Shown here in pieces: positions 9,256-17,977 of a stretch of DNA of 39,751 bases. Numbering within the stretch: position 1 is the first letter of the stretch; each line of letters opens with the position of its first letter. Source of the stretch: Candidatus Aerophobota bacterium (GTDB taxonomy: Bacteria > Aerophobota > Aerophobia > Aerophobales > B47-G16); contig QMPZ01000002.1 in assembly GCA_003648815.1 (NCBI GenBank), positions 1 through 39,751 of the forward strand, given 5' to 3'. The notes beneath the pieces were generated by a model. It was given only the letters and a program-made list of their open reading frames with translations, was not told the origin of the DNA and did no database searches. Position numbers and translations under genes: made by a program.

Positions 9256-10044
9256 ATGAAGAAAGGTATCTATATAGGAGGACTTCCAGAGGGGTATTCT
9301 TACCGAGAAAAATTTGAACTGGCTAAAAGAGCAGGATTTGATGGTGTTGAGGTTTCTACCGTTGAAAGCCAAAGCGAGCTGGAGGAAATTAAGAGAGCCT
9401 CAGAGGAGACAGGAGTAAAGGTTCCCTCAATTATGAATGAGGGTCACTGGCAGCATCCATTTTCCAGCAAGGACAGCTCGGACATCGAAAAGGCAATCTC
9501 AGGTATGAGAAGGTCCTTAGAATGCGCTGAGTTTTTGGGAGCAGATACTGTCCTTTTGGTTCCGGGGCTGGTAAAGGAGGATGTAACCTACGAGGAAGCC
9601 ATGAAAAACTCCGTAGCCAATATCAAGAGGATTATCCCTGAATATGAGGCAAAAGGAATATTTATCGGGATTGAAAATGTCTGGAATAAGTTTCTCTTAA
9701 GTCCCATAGAGTTTAAGGAATACGTAGATGGTTTCGGCAGCGATATCGTGAAGGCTTATTTTGATGTGGGCAACATCCTTCTTTATGGATATCCTGAGCA
9801 TTGGATAAGAAGCTTGGGAAAGCGCATAAAAAAAGTCCACCTGAAGGACTTTAGGCTTTCCTCAAAGTCCTTTGTCTACCTGTGGCAGGGTGATGTGAAC
9901 TGGAAGGCGGTGATGGAAGCCCTAAAAGAGGTTGGTTATGATGATTACCTGACTGCGGAGCTTCCGCCGGACAAAAGTGACCCGGAGGGAAGAGTTCACA
10001 AGATAAGCGAGGATATGGACAGGATAATGAATCTGTTAAAATGA
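9256..10044 (+). CDS. sugar phosphate isomerase/epimerase (xylose isomerase-like TIM barrel, UlaE/SgbU-like)
   Basis: GIYIGGLPEGYSYREKFELAKRAGFDGVEVS, IGIENVWNKF, YFDVGN, VHLKD. GGAGG 5 nt upstream. Confidence 0.8.
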   Translation: MKKGIYIGGLPEGYSYREKFELAKRAGFDGVEVSTVESQSELEEIKRASEETGVKVPSIMNEGHWQHPFSSKDSSDIEKAISGMRRSLECAEFLGADTVLLVPGLVKEDVTYEEAMKNSVANIKRIIPEYEAKGIFIGIENVWNKFLLSPIEFKEYVDGFGSDIVKAYFDVGNILLYGYPEHWIRSLGKRIKKVHLKDFRLSSKSFVYLWQGDVNWKAVMEALKEVGYDDYLTAELPPDKSDPEGRVHKISEDMDRIMNLLK

Positions 10045-10055
10045 GATGAAGAAAT

Positions 10056-10079
10056 GGGTGAGAAAAGGAGCTCTCACCC
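10056..10079 (+). terminator. 8-bp stem-loop GGGTGAGA-(8 nt)-TCTCACCC just after the TIM-barrel gene; possible weak terminator or RNA stabiliser
   Basis: Perfect inverted repeat read directly, 12 nt after the stop codon. Only a short CTTTT lies 8 nt downstream, so it is not a canonical intrinsic terminator. Confidence 0.3.
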
Positions 10080-10196
10080 GAGGACCTTTTGCTGGAGACA
10101 TATTGCGACAGTGTAGAGGAAGCTGAGGAGCTTTTAGAAAGGGTGAAGAGGTGGGCCTGAGAAAGACTTAAGTTAGGGAGAAGGAGGAAGGTGAAG

Positions 10197-11213
10197 ATGA
10201 GAGCTATGTATCTTGAAAGACCCGGAAAAATAGTGGAAAAGAAGATACGGGAGCCTTCTCCAAAGGAAGGAGAGGTTCTGGTGAGGATAAGATCAGTGGG
10301 CGTGTGCGGTTCTGACATACATTACTACCAGGAGGGAAGGATAGGCAAGTTTGTGGTGAGAAGACCCCTTATCTTAGGGCATGAGTGTTCAGGAGAGGTT
10401 GTGGAGGTGGGAAAGAAAGTTGATGACCTTAAAGTGGGAGATAGGGTAGCCTTGGAGCCGGGAATTCCCTGCAGAATGTGCGAGCATTGTAAGAGCGGAA
10501 GGTATAATCTTTGTTCGAAAATTAGATTTATGGCCACTCCTCCCATAGATGGTGCTTTCGTGGAATATGTCGCCCATCCGGCGGATTTTGCCTTTAAGAT
10601 TCCTCGGAAAATAAGCTTTGATGAGGCAGCCTTATTTGAACCCTTAGCGGTGGGACTGTATGCCGCAGAAAGGGCCAGGATCAAGCCTACAGATAAGGTC
10701 CTCATCTTAGGAGCCGGACCTATAGGCCTTACCACCTTGCAGGCAGTCCGATGCATGAGGGGAGTTGAGGTGAGCGTCATCGACCTTTATGAGTTCAGGC
10801 TGGCCAAGGCTAAGGAACTGGGTGCGGATGAGGTGATCAACCCTAAGGAGGAGGATATCTGGAAGAAGCTGAGCTCCAGCTTTGACGTCGTCTTCGAGAC
10901 AGCGGGAAGCGCAGTTACCGTAAAGCAGACGGTAAAACTGGCCAAGGAAGGTGGAAGGGTGATTCTGGTGGGTCTGCCAGGTGAGGATGAGATAGCTCTG
11001 GATACAAAGCAGATTGTCTTTAAGGAACTGGATGTCCTGGGAATGCACAGGTATGCGAACATGTATCCTCGAGCCGTAAAGCTGACCCAGGAGGGCAGCA
11101 TAAACCTTAAGACCCTTATAACGCATAGGTTTTCCTTCGAGGAGACGGAAAAGGCCTTAAAGTTTGCCCGGGACAACAAGGATTCCTGTATAAAGGTGAT
11201 CGTGCGGATCTGA
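10197..11213 (+). CDS. zinc-dependent alcohol/polyol dehydrogenase (sorbitol / L-threonine dehydrogenase-like MDR)
   Basis: GVCGSDIHYY, LGHECSGEV, structural-zinc loop CRMCEHCKSGRYNLC, Rossmann ILGAGPIGL. AGGAGG is 9 nt before ATG 10197 (GTG 10191 is too close to the RBS). Confidence 0.9.
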   Translation: MRAMYLERPGKIVEKKIREPSPKEGEVLVRIRSVGVCGSDIHYYQEGRIGKFVVRRPLILGHECSGEVVEVGKKVDDLKVGDRVALEPGIPCRMCEHCKSGRYNLCSKIRFMATPPIDGAFVEYVAHPADFAFKIPRKISFDEAALFEPLAVGLYAAERARIKPTDKVLILGAGPIGLTTLQAVRCMRGVEVSVIDLYEFRLAKAKELGADEVINPKEEDIWKKLSSSFDVVFETAGSAVTVKQTVKLAKEGGRVILVGLPGEDEIALDTKQIVFKELDVLGMHRYANMYPRAVKLTQEGSINLKTLITHRFSFEETEKALKFARDNKDSCIKVIVRI

Positions 11214-11233
11214 AAAGACAAAAGAAAAATTGG

Positions 11234-12232
11234 TCAGAAACTTAAGTTAGGTCTGGCATCTAAGGAGAGGGGGGAGAGTCTACCTTCTTTTACCTTGGGA
11301 TATGCACAGGCAGCTATCATAGCTGCGTTGTCGGTACAAAGCTCTAAGGAGGGGAAAAAGACCTTTAAATCATTGGGCTTTTTCCTTTCTATGAAGGAAC
11401 GAAGAAACAGGTTGGCAGAAACACCCCCTCCTAAGATTACCTGTTTTACTCCCTTCAAGCGAACTGCTTTGAGCAGCCTTTCTGTGAGCATCTGGGCCAC
11501 TTTCATCTGAAAGCTGGCGGCCAAATCTGGGACGGGAACAGGATCTCCTTTTTCCTCCAGCTTCTTTACGTAATATAATATAGCTGTCTTTATTCCACTG
11601 AAACTAAAATCCAGGGTATCTTCCTTAAAACGAACCAGAGGGAGGTCTATGGATTGAGGATCTCCCCGCCTGGCTACTTTCTCGATTATCGGTCCTCCAG
11701 GATAACCTAACCTGAGAATCTTAGCTACCTTATCGAAGGCCTCCCCTACGGCATCGTCCCTGGTGGTACCTAAGGGATAGTATCTTCCCTCCCTGTCCAA
11801 GTAGACCAGATCGGTGTGTCCCCCGGAGATGACCAGGCCCACCAGGGGGGATTTGATCTCGGGATGTTCAAGGAAGTTGGCGTAAAGATGTGCCTCTAAG
11901 TGATTAATGCCTACAAAGGGCAACTTCAGGGCATAAGCTATTCCCTTGGCCACGGTCAATCCCACGAGGAGAGACCCTAAGAGTCCCGGTCCGTAGGTGG
12001 CGGCGATGGCATCCAGGTCCGTTAACTTTATACCAGCTTTTTCCAAAGATTCCTCGATTACAGGGATGATCATCTCCAGATGCTTTCTCGAAGCAATCTC
12101 CGGGACCACTCCCCAAAACTTTCGGTGTAGCTTCACTTGAGAAGATACCACGTTGGAGAGGATGTTTCTACCATCCTCCACCACCGCCGCTGATGTCTCG
12201 TCGCAGGATGTCTCTATTCCCAGGATAAGCAT
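11234..12232 (-). CDS. tsaD: tRNA N6-adenosine threonylcarbamoyltransferase
   Basis: MLILGIETSCDETSAAV start, HLEAHL and GGVSAN motifs of Kae1/TsaD. The internal Met at 12232 avoids overlap with lpdA. Confidence 0.93.
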   Translation of the reverse strand: MLILGIETSCDETSAAVVEDGRNILSNVVSSQVKLHRKFWGVVPEIASRKHLEMIIPVIEESLEKAGIKLTDLDAIAATYGPGLLGSLLVGLTVAKGIAYALKLPFVGINHLEAHLYANFLEHPEIKSPLVGLVISGGHTDLVYLDREGRYYPLGTTRDDAVGEAFDKVAKILRLGYPGGPIIEKVARRGDPQSIDLPLVRFKEDTLDFSFSGIKTAILYYVKKLEEKGDPVPVPDLAASFQMKVAQMLTERLLKAVRLKGVKQVILGGGVSANLFLRSFIERKKPNDLKVFFPSLELCTDNAAMIAACAYPKVKEGRLSPLSLDARPNLSF

Positions 12233-12242
12233 AGCATCTTCC

Positions 12243-13622
12243 TTAAATTGAGTGAATGGATTTTCCCTGAGCACTGAGAGCAGCTTCCATGATGGCCTCG
12301 GATAAGGTGGGATGGGCGTGGATGGTCTGGTCCAATTTTTCTACATCGATACCCCATTTGATGGCCAGGGCCATCTCATGAATGAGTTCGGTGGCCTGAG
12401 GTCCTATAATCTGTGCTCCTAAAATTTTTTTCCCTTCTGTAACTATCTGGACAAATCCCGTTGTCTCTCCCATAGCCTGTGCTTTCCCGTTGGCAGAGAA
12501 TGCAAACCTGCCTATCTTCACCTTTATCCCCTTTTCCTCTGCCTCATCAGGACTCAGTCCAACCGTCCCTATTTGAGGAAGAGTGAAGATACAATGAGGA
12601 ACGGCGCTGTAGTCCATCCTGGAGTTTATCCCCAAGGCATTCTCTACGGCAACTATTCCCTCCTTGGAGGCTACGTGGGCAAGCAGAGGCTCTCCGATGA
12701 CATCCCCTGCCGCATAAACCCCCTCAACGCTGGTCTCCATTCGTTCATTGACCTTGATGTTTCCCTTCTCGTCAACTTCTAAATCCAACCTTTCCAGACC
12801 AAGCTCTTGCGTATCAGGCACCCTGCCTATACAGATGAGGATTCTGTCAACTTCAAGTTCCTCGCCGTTTTCCAGTCTTGCGACAAGACCATCTTCTCGG
12901 TACTCGGTTATCTTTTCCAGTTTGGTCCCGGTGAGAACCTTTATTCCCCTTTTTTGAAAGATTCTTTCCAGCTGCTGGGAAACTCTTTTGTCCTCTGCAG
13001 GTAGAATCTGATTCATCATCTCCACCATGGTGATCCTGCTTCCCAGGCTGGAGAAGATGGTGCCGAGCTCGCAGCCGATCACTCCGGCTCCGACGATGAG
13101 GAGGCTTTGGGGTGCCTTGTCAAGTTTTAACGCCTCCTCGCTGGTCAAAACTTGGGGATGAGAAGCATCGATGAATGAGGGGATGAGAGGTCTGGAGCCT
13201 GTGGCGATGATGACTTTCTTGGCCTCAATTTCCTCTACCCCACCTGGGGTATCTATTTTGATTCTGTGAGGTGAAAGAAATTGTGCTCTTCCCTGAACCA
13301 GGCTAATCTTGTTTGCCCTGAGAAGATAATGAACCCCTCTTCGAAGCTGGTCCACTATCCTGTCCTTTCGCCTCACCATTGAAGAAAGATTTGGCCTTAC
13401 CTTGTCTACTTCAAGGCCAAACTCCTGCGCTCTTCTGGCAAGGTTTAAGACCTCAACAGAGGAAAGAAGTGATTTGGTGGGAATGCAACCTCTATTAAGA
13501 CAGGTCCCTCCCACCGTATTTTTTTCCACCAGGACAGTCTCAGCGCCGAGTTGACTGGCCCTGATGGCAGCTACATAGCCGGCTGGGCCAGCACCGATGA
13601 TTACGAGTTCTGCTTTTCTCAT
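12243..13622 (-). CDS. lpdA: dihydrolipoyl dehydrogenase
   Basis: GAGPAGY FAD motif, redox-active GGTCLNRGCIPTK, C-terminal HAHPTLSE interface motif. AGGGAGAG RBS. Confidence 0.93.
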   Translation of the reverse strand: MRKAELVIIGAGPAGYVAAIRASQLGAETVLVEKNTVGGTCLNRGCIPTKSLLSSVEVLNLARRAQEFGLEVDKVRPNLSSMVRRKDRIVDQLRRGVHYLLRANKISLVQGRAQFLSPHRIKIDTPGGVEEIEAKKVIIATGSRPLIPSFIDASHPQVLTSEEALKLDKAPQSLLIVGAGVIGCELGTIFSSLGSRITMVEMMNQILPAEDKRVSQQLERIFQKRGIKVLTGTKLEKITEYREDGLVARLENGEELEVDRILICIGRVPDTQELGLERLDLEVDEKGNIKVNERMETSVEGVYAAGDVIGEPLLAHVASKEGIVAVENALGINSRMDYSAVPHCIFTLPQIGTVGLSPDEAEEKGIKVKIGRFAFSANGKAQAMGETTGFVQIVTEGKKILGAQIIGPQATELIHEMALAIKWGIDVEKLDQTIHAHPTLSEAIMEAALSAQGKSIHSI

Positions 13623-13667
13623 CGTTCTCTCCCTTAATTTTGACTCGATATGACTGTTTTTTTCAAA

Positions 13668-13696
13668 AACTTAGCAGAGTTTTTAAAGGTAGTCAA
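13668..13696 (-). promoter_or_regulatory. candidate sigma70-type promoter for lpdA (TTGACT-17-TAAGTT on the - strand)
   Basis: Reverse complement of 13691-13696 is TTGACT. Reverse complement of 13668-13673 is TAAGTT. About 40 nt upstream of the lpdA start. Confidence 0.4.
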
Positions 13697-13734
13697 CATT
13701 TTCTAAATTGGGACACTTTTTAGAGGATGGAAGA

Positions 13735-13763
13735 TTGACTTCTTTTTTGAATTATCCTATAAT
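13735..13763 (+). promoter_or_regulatory. near-consensus sigma70 promoter for recJ (TTGACT-17-TATAAT)
   Basis: TTGACT 13735-13740, 17-nt spacer, TATAAT 13758-13763, 27 nt before the recJ ATG. Confidence 0.7.
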
Positions 13764-13789
13764 TTCTTTGAAAGGGGATAACTTATTTT

Positions 13790-15499
13790 ATGATGAAAAG
13801 AAGGTGGATCGTTAAAGAGCCATTAAATCAGGATTTAGCTACCTTTCTTTCCAGAAGCTGGAACCTTTCTCCAGTTATGGTTCAGCTTTTACATAATCGG
13901 GGAATAGAGGAAGGTGAGGTCGAGCAATTTCTTCATCCTTCTTTAAAAGACCTGCACAGTCCCTTCTTGATGAAGGGGATGGAGAGGGCAACCGAGAGAA
14001 TTCTTAAAGCGTTTTCACGCAGGGAGAGGATTCTTATCTTTGGCGACTACGACGTGGACGGTATTACCGCCACCTCTCTTTTGTCACTCTTTTTAAGGGA
14101 CCTGGGAGTTTCCGCTTATTTTTACATCCCCCAGAGAAAAGAGGAAGGATACGGTTTGAACAGGAGTGCTATAGATAAGGCAGCCAGCAAAGGGATTGAC
14201 CTTATCATCACCTGTGATTGCGGAACTTCCTCTTTTGAGGAGGTAAAATACGCCAGAAGGTTGGGTATAGAGGTGATAGTTACCGATCACCACCGGGTCA
14301 GGAACGTCCTCCCCTCTTCCTTGATCGTCATCAATCCTGACCAGCCTGACTGTTCCTATCCCTTTAAGAAATTGGCTGGAGTAGGAGTTGCCTTCAAATT
14401 AGCTCAAGCCCTGAGAGAAAGGCTTTCTCCTGAGGAAAAGGTGGACCTTTATAAATATCTGGATCTGGTCGCCATAGGGACCATAGCTGATCTGGTTCCC
14501 TTAAGGGGTGAGAACAGGGTATTGGTAAAGTTGGGTCTGGAGCATCTTCAACATACCTCTAATGTAGGCCTTAGGGCATTGATCGAGGCAACCGGCCTTT
14601 CCGGAAGAGAAATTGGAGAGAGGGAGGTGGGGTTTGTCCTTGCCCCCAGGCTTAATGCCTGTGGCCGTCTTTCCTTAGCAAAAAAGGGAGTAAAACTTCT
14701 TCTTTGCACCTCTTCAGGACAAGCTTTCAGGCTTGCTCAGGAGCTGAACAGGGAAAACAGCGAGCGTCAGAGGATAGAGGAGAGAATGTGCCGAGAGGCC
14801 GAAGAGCTCCTGGCAAAAAAAGAAGAAGCGGTAATTGTCCTTGCTAAGGAGGGATGGCATCCGGGAGTGATAGGTCTGGTGGCCTCTTACCTTAAGGAAA
14901 GGTATTTTCGCCCCATTATTATCTTTTCCCGGGATGGCGATGTGGCCAGAGGTTCGGCGAGAAGCATTCCTGAGTTTCCCATATTTGAAGCTCTGAAGGA
15001 ATGCAGCGATCTGCTCCTCAGTTTTGGAGGTCATAAGATGGCCGCCGGAATGGACATCCGGGTGGAGAACATAGATAAACTGGAAAGAAGGTTGAATGAG
15101 CTGGCCAGGCAAATGCTAAGCCCGGAGGATCTAACCCCTTCCTATCTTATAGATGCTAAGATAGGCTTAGAGGAGCTGAACGAGAAAGTCTTTGAGGAGT
15201 TAGAACTTCTTCCTCCCTATGGTGTGGAGAATCCCGTTCCTCTTTTTCTGAGCGAGGACCTACGTCTTTCCTCACCAGTCAAAGTGGTGGGTAGAGGTTG
15301 TTTTAGAACGTCTTTAAGCTCTGGTAAAGGCAAGGTGAGCTTTGAGGCCATTGGATTTGGTCTGGCTAGGTACGAGGAGGAAATGCTAATTTCAGGTGAG
15401 GTGGATGTGGTCTTTACCCCCCGTATAAATCGATGGAAGGGCGAGAAGATCTATCAGCTTGAAATTAAGGATTGGCGATCTTCTAATGCTACCACTTAA
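13790..15499 (+). CDS. recJ: single-stranded-DNA-specific exonuclease RecJ
   Basis: DHH-family motifs DYDVDGITA, DCG, VTDHH, GTIADLVPL and the GGHKMAAG DHHA1 motif. Confidence 0.93.
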   Translation: MMKRRWIVKEPLNQDLATFLSRSWNLSPVMVQLLHNRGIEEGEVEQFLHPSLKDLHSPFLMKGMERATERILKAFSRRERILIFGDYDVDGITATSLLSLFLRDLGVSAYFYIPQRKEEGYGLNRSAIDKAASKGIDLIITCDCGTSSFEEVKYARRLGIEVIVTDHHRVRNVLPSSLIVINPDQPDCSYPFKKLAGVGVAFKLAQALRERLSPEEKVDLYKYLDLVAIGTIADLVPLRGENRVLVKLGLEHLQHTSNVGLRALIEATGLSGREIGEREVGFVLAPRLNACGRLSLAKKGVKLLLCTSSGQAFRLAQELNRENSERQRIEERMCREAEELLAKKEEAVIVLAKEGWHPGVIGLVASYLKERYFRPIIIFSRDGDVARGSARSIPEFPIFEALKECSDLLLSFGGHKMAAGMDIRVENIDKLERRLNELARQMLSPEDLTPSYLIDAKIGLEELNEKVFEELELLPPYGVENPVPLFLSEDLRLSSPVKVVGRGCFRTSLSSGKGKVSFEAIGFGLARYEEEMLISGEVDVVFTPRINRWKGEKIYQLEIKDWRSSNATT

Positions 15500-15529
15500 G
15501 AACTATCTTACTTATTTAAGGAGAGGAAG

Positions 15530-16045
15530 ATGGAAAAGTTAGCAAAGAAGATCAGAAATATACCGGACTTTCCCAAGAAGGGAATTTTGTTCAGGGATAT
15601 CACTCCGCTTTTGCAGGATCCTTCTTCCTTTAGGAGGGCTGTTGACCTTTTATCCAGGCATTACCAGGGAAAGGAACTTGATCTGGTGGTCAGCGTGGAA
15701 GCTCGCGGCTTCATCTTAGGGGCACCTCTTGCCTACAAACTTGGCCTGGGGTTTGTACCCGTCCGAAAGCCGGGAAAACTTCCCTATAAGGTGGAAAGAA
15801 CCACCTATGAGCTGGAATATGGACAGGACACAATAGAGATACATCAGGATGCTATCAGAAGGGGGGATAGGGTCCTGGTCTTCGATGACCTTTTGGCTAC
15901 AGGGGGAACAGCGAGGGGAATCTGTGACCTGGTGGAAAAGTTAGGAGGGAAAATAGCCGGGGTTTGTTTTTTGATCGAGCTGACGTCCCTGAAAGGAAGA
16001 GATAAGCTTAAGGAATACGATGTCTTTTCCCTCATTAAGTTTTAA
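15530..16045 (+). CDS. apt: adenine phosphoribosyltransferase
   Basis: [26 protein letters not shown] loop [14 protein letters not shown]. 171 aa. Confidence 0.95.
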   Translation: MEKLAKKIRNIPDFPKKGILFRDITPLLQDPSSFRRAVDLLSRHYQGKELDLVVSVEARGFILGAPLAYKLGLGFVPVRKPGKLPYKVERTTYELEYGQDTIEIHQDAIRRGDRVLVFDDLLATGGTARGICDLVEKLGGKIAGVCFLIELTSLKGRDKLKEYDVFSLIKF

Positions 16046-16064
16046 AGGGAGGATACCTTCGTAA

Positions 16065-17276
16065 ATGGTTTCTGCATTGAAGGACAAGAACATCCTTTTA
16101 GGAATAACCGGGAGCATCGCTGCCTACAAGGCGGCTGAGATCATAAGGCTTCTGAGGAAAAGAGGGGCCCAGGTATATCCCATTATGACCAGGGCAGCCA
16201 CTTACTTCGTCCACCCCATCACCTTTCAGACTCTGGCCTCCCGGAGGGTGGTTCTCGAGTTATTCAGGCAGGAGGATAAGATAAAGCATATCTCATTAGC
16301 TGAGCTCGCCGATGCCCTTCTAATTGCTCCAGCCAGCGCTAATATAATAGCCAAGCTCGCCAATGGGATTGCCGATGATATCCTCAGCACCGTCGCCTTA
16401 GCCACCAAGGCCCCTGTGCTCATTGCTCCGGCGATGAATCATCAGATGTATGTCAATCCTATCCTTCAGCAGAACATAGATAAGCTCAAAAGAGTTGGGG
16501 TCAAGTTCATCGGACCGGAGAAGGGCCAGCTGGCCTCGGGCAAGGTGGGCATAGGGCGAATGAGCGAGCCTTCCCGCATCGTGGAGTGCCTGGAAAGCCT
16601 CATTCAATGCAGGGACGAGTTTAAAGGAAAATGCTTTCTGGTGACTGCTGGCCCCACCAGGGAGAGGATAGATGAGGTGCGCTTTATCAGCAATTACTCA
16701 AGCGGGAAGATGGGCTATGCCCTGGCCGAAGAGGGAATATGTCGGGGTGCGAGGATAATTCTCGTCAGCGGTCCCACCTCACTTGTTCCTCCTGCTGAGG
16801 CTGAATTTTATCGCGTGGAATCGGCCGAAGAGATGAGGAAAAAGGTGATGGAAGAATTTGCGCGAGTTGATGGAGTTTTGATGGCAGCGGCGGTTTCGGA
16901 CTTTCGACCTGAAAGGAAAAGGGAGGGCAAGATTAAAAAATCGGTCGGGGAAAGGTTCACCTTGGAGCTGAGGCAAAATCCAGATATTTTAAGCGAGTTG
17001 GGGAAAAGAAAGGAAGGCAAGATCTTGGTGGGATTCTGTGCCGAGACGGAAAACCTGGAAGAGGAGGCAAAGAGGAAGTTGAGGGAGAAGAACCTTGATT
17101 TGATTGTGGCTAATGACATTACCCTGGAAGGAGCCGGTTTCGGCGTGGATACCAACATCGTGGTCCTCATCGATCGATATGGAAACTTAACTCACCTTTC
17201 CAAAAGAAGCAAGAGGGAGGTGGCGAGGGCAGTATGGGACAAAATAAAGGAGATAACGAAAAATCTTTATAGATGA
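16065..17276 (+). CDS. coaBC: bifunctional phosphopantothenoylcysteine decarboxylase / phosphopantothenate-cysteine ligase
   Basis: ILLGITGSIAAYKA flavoprotein N-domain, PAMN motif, C-terminal ligase domain (ISNYSSGKMG, AAAVSDF). Confidence 0.93.
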   Translation: MVSALKDKNILLGITGSIAAYKAAEIIRLLRKRGAQVYPIMTRAATYFVHPITFQTLASRRVVLELFRQEDKIKHISLAELADALLIAPASANIIAKLANGIADDILSTVALATKAPVLIAPAMNHQMYVNPILQQNIDKLKRVGVKFIGPEKGQLASGKVGIGRMSEPSRIVECLESLIQCRDEFKGKCFLVTAGPTRERIDEVRFISNYSSGKMGYALAEEGICRGARIILVSGPTSLVPPAEAEFYRVESAEEMRKKVMEEFARVDGVLMAAAVSDFRPERKREGKIKKSVGERFTLELRQNPDILSELGKRKEGKILVGFCAETENLEEEAKRKLREKNLDLIVANDITLEGAGFGVDTNIVVLIDRYGNLTHLSKRSKREVARAVWDKIKEITKNLYR

Positions 17277-17331
17277 ATTTTCTCTCCGCCTCATCAATTC
17301 TGGTAAAATTAAAGAAAAAATACCAACCTAA

Positions 17332-17359
17332 TTGACTAAACGCTAAAGTTCGCTAAAAT
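17332..17359 (+). promoter_or_regulatory. candidate sigma70 promoter of the AAA+/VWA cassette (TTGACT-16-TAAAAT)
   Basis: TTGACT 17332-17337 and TAAAAT 17354-17359. The spacer carries a direct repeat CGCTAAA (17341-17347, 17351-17357). It lies in the 121-nt gap after coaBC. Confidence 0.55.
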
Positions 17360-17397
17360 TATAGTGGTAAGAATTACCGTCTCCTTCCTAAAAGAAG

Positions 17398-17961
17398 ATG
17401 GCAAAGTATATCGTCAGGACAGGAAAAGGTAGAACTTTCCTGTTTCTGGTAAAAAGAAAAAATGAGCTTATAGGGCATATCGACTATGACTTCATCCTGA
17501 GAGGAGGAATCCTTCCCGTAAGATCTAAGATAATGGCCTGTGGAAAGATAGCGGGATGGGTTGAGACCTTTTACCCCTCGATTTCCTGCATCAGGGTCTA
17601 CAACAAGAGAAGAGAAGAGGTCGCCTATCTGGAAAGATCTAACAGGTTAAGAATAGACGGTGTATATGTTTCGTTTAGCAGGCTATCCAAGGAGGAGACG
17701 ATTCTCGTTGAGGAAAGGGAGGGGAGGGGAAAGCTCAAGGAAAGGCTGGAAAAAACAGGTTTAACACATTCTTACCTCCTCGAGGACTCAAAGATTAAGG
17801 GAAGGGTCTATTGCTTTGCCAGAGAGAGCGATATATCCACCCTTCTTTATACCAGCACTGACATTGAAGCTGGCATCGATGAGCTTTTGCGGTTTTTACC
17901 CTTAGCCATAGCGAGGAGAGTCTTCGAGCAGGAGTTCATAAGGAGGTTTATGGGAAGATAG
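17398..17961 (+). CDS. hypothetical protein (ORFan A); free-standing paralog of the N-terminal domain of the AAA+ ATPase at 18957
   Basis: 187-aa ORF with no recognisable motif. By-eye collinear similarity to residues 1-175 of the downstream ATPase (see findings). No strong SD. Confidence 0.65.
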   Translation: MAKYIVRTGKGRTFLFLVKRKNELIGHIDYDFILRGGILPVRSKIMACGKIAGWVETFYPSISCIRVYNKRREEVAYLERSNRLRIDGVYVSFSRLSKEETILVEEREGRGKLKERLEKTGLTHSYLLEDSKIKGRVYCFARESDISTLLYTSTDIEAGIDELLRFLPLAIARRVFEQEFIRRFMGR

Positions 17962-17977
17962 CTTCCCTTGAGCAAAG

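Noticed and set aside
10046-10126. A 26-aa small ORF (MKKWVRKGALTRGPFAGDILRQCRGS) in the 152-nt spacer
   Set aside because: It has no convincing RBS, starts 2 nt after the upstream stop, and spans the hairpin. It cannot be supported without ribosome profiling or conservation.
9851-11221. Three consecutive antisense ORFs (155, 151 and 144 aa) opposite the TIM-barrel/ADH genes
   Set aside because: They mirror the reading frame of well-supported sense genes and have low-complexity S/P/L-rich composition and no start signals. They are shadow ORFs.
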